Assembly: GCA_965645245.1 (NCBI GenBank) | Contig: OZ287084.1 | Location: 1,612,001 to 1,676,000, forward strand | Direction of reading: 5' to 3' | DNA from: Massalongia carnosa | Lineage: Eukaryota | Length of the DNA: 64,000 nt | Shown: positions 56,832 through 64,000 of the stretch, piece after piece | Layout of the letters: every line of letters starts with the position of its first letter | Numbering within the stretch: position 1 is the stretch's first letter | The notes under the pieces: generated by a model | Database searches by the model: none | What the model saw: only the letters and a program-made list of their open reading frames with translations | Told to the model about the DNA's origin: nothing | Position numbers and translations under genes: made by a program

Positions 56832-59800
56832 ATGGGATCTGATGCAAAGTATGATTATAGCTTTAAAAAGCTGACCGGCTCAACCAATTACAAGCAATGG
56901 ACTCGCGACATGTCTTTTGCGTTGGAGGAAGCTAAGCTATGGGACCATGTTCTAGGAACGGCTATTCCACCTCCAACATTGGTAGCGACCACAAATGATG
57001 ATGAAGAAAGGGCCGAACGAATTTACCAGCGGTCCCTAAAAATCAAAGACTTCAACGATGACTCGCGCCGTACGGTAGCAAAAATTGGGCGAATGTGCAC
57101 CGAGACCGTCCAGAAAGAATTCCTATCCAAAAACACACTCGCTAGATGGACTCCAAAAGAGCTATGGGACCACCTACAATCGCGATACACGTTACAAAAT
57201 TGGGCATCAAAATGGAATACACTCGGAAAGTTGCACTCCATCCACCAACGGGACTGCAAGAACGTGGCCGAGTTCATCAGTAAAATTAGGGACATTAATT
57301 CTGAAATAAGTGACCTAAAAATAACCATGGACGAGGCGGTCATAATTCATACCCTAAATTCATTAGACACTCAGTTCAAGTCCTACCTGGCCATCCTCAG
57401 CCATGAGTCGAGGGAGAAAGCAGAACTTCCAACACTCGAGGTCCTAGCAAAGGCCTTGGAGGATGAAGAGTTACGACTAGCCAATCAGGACAAAGCAACC
57501 GCGAACTACACGCAGAAAGGAAAGAAAGGTGGGGACTCCGGTAAAAAGAAAAAGCCGGGGGAGAACTCCAACTCCAACTCCAATAACACTTCCGACAGCA
57601 AAGACACATATGTCTGCACCAGGTGCAAGAAAACGCACGGAAAAGGTGATTGCTGGATGGACAAAGCGGAGTGTAATGGGTGTGGTAAACGTGGCCACAT
57701 CAAGAAGTTCTGTAAAAAGAACAAGACGAACCAGGAAAGTGAGGCGACCACCCCAGAGGCAACCACCAAAGGGCTATCTTGCTTTATCAGAAAGATCATA
57801 CCGATCACACCGACCAATGAGGTCGAAGAGAAGAAAGGAAGGGGGGCCATTCATTTGACGTGTAAGTCAGTGGCCGCAGTCATTCCAAAACCAAACCCCT
57901 ACGTAATCATAGACTCTGGGGCCACCGACCATTTCTTCTCAAACCGAGGCTTTTTTACCACCTACACTGAGTACTACCATGAGTTCCAAACGGGCTCGGG
58001 GCAAGTTCTTCCTGCCTTCGGGTATGGTGACGTAGTCCTAAACATGGTCCAGGAAGACGGATCAATAAATGTCCTGACAGTAAAAGATGTAAGCTGGGCA
58101 CCTGCCCTAGGCCACAACTTATTGAGCACCGTTCCCCTTGCAATGAAAGGTGTTGAGGTGTTCCTGAGACGTACGGATGTTCCTACCCAATTAATTCATG
58201 AGAACAAAATCCACGGACTAGCTGACGTTATCAATCGACAATATGTGCTTCGAATTAAAACCTCGGAGGCCATGACGAACTTCGCAAACACTAAACCAGT
58301 AGTGAATGCAATCAAACCAACCATTGAAATTTGGCATCAAAGAATGGGCCACCTTGGTTATCGAAACATCCTAAAACTTCCGAAAATAGCTGAAGGAATT
58401 GAGGTGAAAGGGCCGGTCCCAGAGGAAATTTGTGGGCCATGCATGAAGGGTAGACAGCAACGTAAGCCGTCACGAACTCCCATGCCCCGAGCTTCAAAAT
58501 TCCTGGAAGAGGTCCATAGTGATTTGGGAGGCCCATACCCGGCCTCCAGAAACGGGTTACAATACTACATATCTTTCAAAGACGATGCCACTGGAACGTA
58601 CCATGTTTATCCAATGAAGCTAAAGAGCCAGGCCTTTGAGAAGGCAAAGGAATATATCGAATGGACGTCTCAGGAAACTGGCATGCAGATGGGAGCACTC
58701 CATTCGGATGGGGGAGGTGAATATGACAATGAAGCCTTTCAGGACTATCTTAAGAAACAACACATCAGATGGAAATGCAGTGCCCCATACACACCCGAAC
58801 AAAATGGAAAAGCCGAGCGACTGAATTATACTCTGATGAGTTCAGTCCGGTCCATCTTATCAGCAATGAAATTACCGAAGGGCCTATGGCCTGAAATCAT
58901 CAAAGCAGTGTGTTGATTGATTGATTGATTTATTCTTATTCCGATATGACACCGGCCGAAGGCCGGCCCATGCGGGCTGTCTATGTTTATCATACAAGGA
59001 AAACCCTTCTTGGGAATAAAAACCCCGTAGACTACGCACTACCTCCGGAGCCTCGCTGGCAACAGGCTGCTCTCTGTGATCGTTTTTCTTTAGAATCCTT
59101 GACGAAAATGAGAAGTTATATCTCGTATAACATTTGCGATGCTAGTGAGAACTGTGTTAACAAGTTTGCTTTTATTATCCATGCAGTTAGCTTTTTCAGC
59201 ATTTTCGACGAACGCGTAATCGTCCGGTAGTCGTGGGTGCCCAATTGTCTGAGCAGCTCATATCTGCCTTCGATTAGTCTGCAGTGTAATATGATGTGTT
59301 TGGCAGTCTGTTTCTGCCAGCCACACGAGCAAGCTGGAGTCATAGCTCCCGGAACCCGACGATTGAACAGGAAGTTTGCCAAACCTATTTTCTCAGTGCG
59401 GATTTGCGTGGTTAGCGCGCTTTCCGCCTTCATCAAGTTGTCATGAATCTTCAATCTAGTTCTGTTGAGTGGTCCGAGCTGTGCCTCTGTTGGGTAGGGA
59501 ACGCGGTTCTGATACGCCTTCCACCTGGTCTCCCAACGCTCCTTGATTCGTACTGTAATGGTCTTTGCGTGCTTTCCGATAATTCGGCGTGCCGTGATGT
59601 ATTTCTCGAGACGGACAGGGTCGGGTCCTGACCAGGGTCGGGGCGGCGGCGGTATTGCGGCTGGGGCTTCGTTGTTTAGCATCTTGCTGGCCCATTCGTG
59701 TTTTAAATCTCCTAGGGTGGGGCGTTGTATTCTTTTGCGTCCTGCCTTGCCTCGTAGCTTGTTCGCTATTGTGCTGCAGGCAGTGGTGATCAGTTTCGCT

Positions 59801-62800
59801 TGCCCTGAGGCCCGTAGGCGGTATCTTGCTTTCATCTGCAGATGATCCAAGTGTAGCTCCATAGGGGCGATGAAAGTTTCCGCTTCGAGAACCTCGACGG
59901 GTGTTGCTTTAAACGCTCCTGCCACAGTGCGTAGGCATTTGTTCTGCATGACACTGAGTTTGGACATCGTGGCCTTGTTTTTCTTGATTTCCTTGGGCGT
60001 GTGCCACACGGCGCTTCCGTATGTCATTGCCGGGCGGACGACGGAGGTGTAGACCTGCCGGGCCTTTGCGAAGGATGCTCCCCAGGTGGATGCCGAGATT
60101 TTTGTGAGCGCTAGCGACTGCGACGTCATCTTTTCCTGCGTCTTCCGTATATGAGCTCCCCATTTTAGTTTTGTGTCGATTTGTAGGCCCAGTACTCTTA
60201 TGTCCGTTTTTGGTTCAATCAGATTGGTTTCAATTTGAATAGTGGCCGTCATGTTGAATTTCTTTGGATTTCTTGACAAATGAATGAGTTCATATTTATC
60301 CGGTGCAAATACGGAGCCATGCCGTGTCGCCCACAATTCGCATTTCCTGTGAATTCTTTCAAGAGTTCTGCAATTTTCTTCCGTGCTTTTACCGTATGCC
60401 AACACGTTTACGTCGTCTACGAATCCCAGCGCACTCGTGTTCGTGCCGGGTCTCTGGCATATCTCTAATAGGTCCGCGTTAAAGCAGTGTGTTATTTGAA
60501 GAACAGAAGTCCTAACACGGACGGGGTGACACCATATGAGAAACTAAACAACAAAAAGCCTAACCTCGGTCATCTAAGAGTGTTGGGTGCACGTGCTTGG
60601 GTTCATATTCCCAAGGAAAAACGAAAGAAGCTAGACGAACGGTCCTGGCAGGGAATCCATGTGGGCTATGAAGGCACCAATCAGTACCGGATATATGACC
60701 CCTGCACAGGCAAAGTTCATGTTACTAGAGACGTAACTATTGATGAAAAGAACCTATTTGACCGGAAAGCCTACAAATCAAACGAGCTTGTTGATGACGA
60801 ATGGGCACAAACAGACGATGATCAGTTCGGAAATCCAGACGATTTTGACGACGAGGGAAATAACAAACCCGAGGACTATTACACCCCTCGGTCAAATAAA
60901 CCTCACCTACCTACACCCCCCGATTCTCCTCCAAACACGGAACATTCACACCAAAATTCAGTGGGAGATTCACAACAAACAAGGCCAGAAGGGAGAAATG
61001 TCGAAGAAAATTATGGAGGGGGAAATTATGATAGTCCCTATGATAGTCTGACCCACGACCCCAAGGCCACCAACCACGAGGCCGAGGCCACCGACCCCGA
61101 GACCCCCCAGGCCTCGGAAGGCCACAATTCTTCCACCTCTGACCATGTTCCATTGAGAAGGTCCAAGCGGGCACCAGTCAAACGAGCACAATATCCTGAT
61201 GAAATTTTTTATGGACCAGGTAGGCTACCGAAACGAACTAACTTCACTAGCAAAAACGTGGCAAAATCCCACATACATATGATGAAGGCACTAACCATGC
61301 TTGCAAACAACATTGATAATGAAGGGCCAGACGAACCCTTCTCGCTCAAAGAGGCTATGGCTAGGCCTGATTGGCCCAAATGGATGGAGGCCATGAAGGC
61401 CGAAATTGAATCTCATACCGAAAATGGCACGTGGGAGTTGACCGAAGCACCAAAAGACCGACGGGTAATCACCGGACGGTGGGTGTTCAAACTGAAAAAG
61501 GATCGACATGGAAATATCCTAAAATACAAAGCACGATGGGTGGTTCATGGCTACAAGCAGGAAGAAGGTCTAGACTACATCGACACCTTCGCTGCAGTAG
61601 TCAAGCCCATGTCATATAAGGCCATGATGGGTGTAGGAGTTAAACGTGGATTTACCATTCGTCATATGGATGTTGTGACCGCTTTTCTCTATGGATATCT
61701 GGATGAACTGATATTTGTCGAACAACCTCATTTATTCAACCCGACACCGCACCTAGTTTGTAAGCTGATCAAAGCACTTTATGGACTGAAACAATCACCA
61801 CAAGTGTGGTACCAGACCCTTGTTGATTTCCTGAAGAAACTAGGATTTCATCGCTTGGAACTTGATCATGGAGTGTTTGTTTCTGATGACAAGAAGCAAT
61901 TCATAGCGATATATGTGGACGACCTACTACTCTTTGGGGCAGACATACCCCGCCTCGAGTTCATACAAAAACAACTATCTGATCGGTTCAAAATGACGAA
62001 CCTGGGTGACGTCTCTCACTATTTAGGAATGGAAATTGACGTTGACGTTGGAAAAACAATAATCCTTCGTCAAACAACCTACCTCAAAAAGGTTCTGGAC
62101 CGTTTCGGAATGACCGACTGCAAGCAATCCTCCATACCAATGGATCCGGGAGTAGCAAGCTCCCTTCTACCCTCAAAACAGGTGGCGGACAAAGCCACTG
62201 TGGCCTGGTATCAGTCAGCAATTGGGTCACTGATGTGGCCAGCAGTCCACACCCGACCCGACATCTCTTATTCTGTGGGAGTCCTCAGCCGCTATTGCAG
62301 CAACCCCGGACCCACCCACATACAGCTAGTCAAACAAATCTTCCGCTATTTAGCAGGGACACTGACCATAGGACTGACATTTTCGGCTGACTCTCCGGAT
62401 GAACTAATCGGATACACTGACTCTGATTGGGCGGGGACCGTAGATGGAAGAAAGTCGACCGGTGGGTACGTTTGGATGCTTTCGGGCTGTCCAATTTCTC
62501 ACCAATCAAAACAACAACCGACCGTCGCTCTGTCTTCATGCGAAGCTGAGTATATGGCGATCACTGAAGCAGGGAAGGAGGCCTTATGGTGCTCTCGCTT
62601 CCTCGAGGCCCTCGGGCACAGACGACCTGACCAACCAGCAGACCTCCGAGCAGACAACAAGGGGGCGATTGACCTTACCGCTAACCCAGAGTTCCATAAA
62701 CGAACAAAGCATATTGACGTACGACATCATTGGATAAGGGAAGTTGTACTAGACCGAAAGATAATCATCACATACATTTCAACGAATGAAATGATAGCAG

Positions 62801-62868
62801 ATGGGATGACAAAGCCGCTACCACCAGCAAGGTTCCAGGCCTTTAGGGCCATGATGGGCATGAGGTAG
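56832..62868 (+). pseudogene. Copia-B gag-pol polyprotein, interrupted only by LINE-C
   Basis: KLTGSTNYKQW, CCHC, IIDSGAT, WHQRMGH, HSDLGGP, EQNGKAER | YVDD, YTDSDWAG. Removing the insert and one TSD restores IIKAVCYLKNRSP. Confidence 0.93.
58915..60480 (-). mobile_element. LINE-C: 5'-truncated Tad1-like LINE (RT C-terminus 59116-60480, no RNase H)
   Basis: 13-bp TSD AAAGCAGTGTGTT (58902-58914, 60481-60493) and (TCAA)n tail; protein close to LINE-A (LAYGKSTEENC). Confidence 0.95.
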
Positions 62869-63120
62869 GGCAGGGCAATTTCTGAATAGCATCAACCAAG
62901 GCAGACACCATGCCTGAGTGGGAGTGTTGATGTTACGCTAAACATTAGCCTAACGGACAAGTGTCAGGCAGTTGGTGACTGCTTGGCCGGAATGGCCGGA
63001 ATGGGCCTAGGGTAGTTTAGCCGATGTGGGTGCTCAAAAGCACCCACGATAGAATTAATCAAAACTATTCCTTCTAAATATTCGTACATGCACTATAGTG
63101 ATCAACAATTCACTTCAACA

Positions 63121-64000
63121 GTAATGACTGCGGCAAAGTTTAATGAACCTACTCGCTGTTGATAAGAATGGATTTCCTGTGGTGTAGCTGTAGAAGGGTT
63201 TTTCGTTAATTCTTCTGTTTGTAATGGCGAGTCTCTCGCTCGTTTAGTGATATCGGTATTTATATTGATGTTGAACTTAGCTATCAATTTTCGATATAGG
63301 ATTCCTGAGATAGCCAGAGCTTTCTAACACTTCTTTCTCATAAAGCAGAACGATATCGTCCACGAAGAAGAATAGCAGTATATGACTATCCTGGCTGATA
63401 AAGAGGCAGTCCACTCCCGAGATTGGTTCAAGGTTCAATTCTATGAGAGCCTCTGATAAATTCCGATACCATAGGTCCGGTGATTGCTTTAGACCGTACA
63501 ATGCTCGCAATAGCATTAGTAGAATATTAACAGCTCCAGATCCTGACCCAGGCTACCCTTCAGGTAACCTACAGTAGGTTGGTTCATCAATAGGGTTATT
63601 TGCGAATACATTTACCGCATTGTATTGCCGTGTTTCGAGATCAAATGCTGCTAGGATTGCCATTAACGCTCGAAAGATTCGTGCAGCTAATGTTGCTGCG
63701 AATGTATCTTGCTCGGTGCGTTGAAGATCACCCCTAGCGCATAATCTTGATTTGTATTTAACTAGATAACCTTTTTCATCGAATTTATATTTGAATACTC
63801 ATCTCGTTGGTATCGGCGTTTTGCCAGCAATAACAGCTGCTTCGTGTCCGACTTCAGTCCAGGTATTCTTAGCAATAAGGGCCTGAACCTCTACCTTCAT
63901 GGCTAGCTTGAAGCCTTCTGCATGCGGGTGTTTTAGCATTTGCCGATAATGTTCAGGTTCGGGAGGTAGGCTATCTCTATGAAACCGGGTGCTTAGAACC
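63121..64000 (-). pseudogene. Copia-C RT, frameshifted, running off the window
   Basis: ALYGLKQSP, FFVDD, YQQRVGSLNFAAVIT, which joins RPDVAQ at 56592. Confidence 0.88.

Larger units (their letters stand above)
56598..63120 (+). mobile_element. Copia-B inserted in Copia-C RT; 5' LTR reduced to 20 bp
   Basis: TSD GTAAT (56593-56597, 63121-63125); 3' LTR 62925-63120; TGTTGATGTTACGCTAAACA at both 56598 and 62925. Confidence 0.92.

Overview
Eukaryotic DNA, most likely from a filamentous ascomycete (Tad1-type LINEs, Fot1/pogo, Ngaro, chromoviral Gypsy). About 90% of the window is a stack of nested transposons: hAT, Tc1/mariner, pogo, two MULEs, two Gypsy families, four Copia-type elements, three LINEs, an Ngaro tyrosine-recombinase retroelement and several solo LTRs. 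Many boundaries can be fixed by LTRs, TIRs and target-site duplications. The only non-TE genes lie in a ~5.7 kb island (12.2-17.9 kb) of three apparently intronless ORFs: (1) a secreted Cys protein resembling the Y3 glycan-binding family; (2) a secreted protein whose motifs line up by eye with the CD38/ADP-ribosyl cyclase (ARC) NAD+ glycohydrolase fold; (3) a divergently transcribed, non-secreted ankyrin-repeat protein. The best candidate for a new system is genes 2 and 3 as a fungal secreted NADase toxin with an ankyrin immunity or chaperone partner. The island is bracketed by inverted copies of a repeat that also forms the end of the tyrosine-recombinase element. All family assignments come from motif reading, not database searches.
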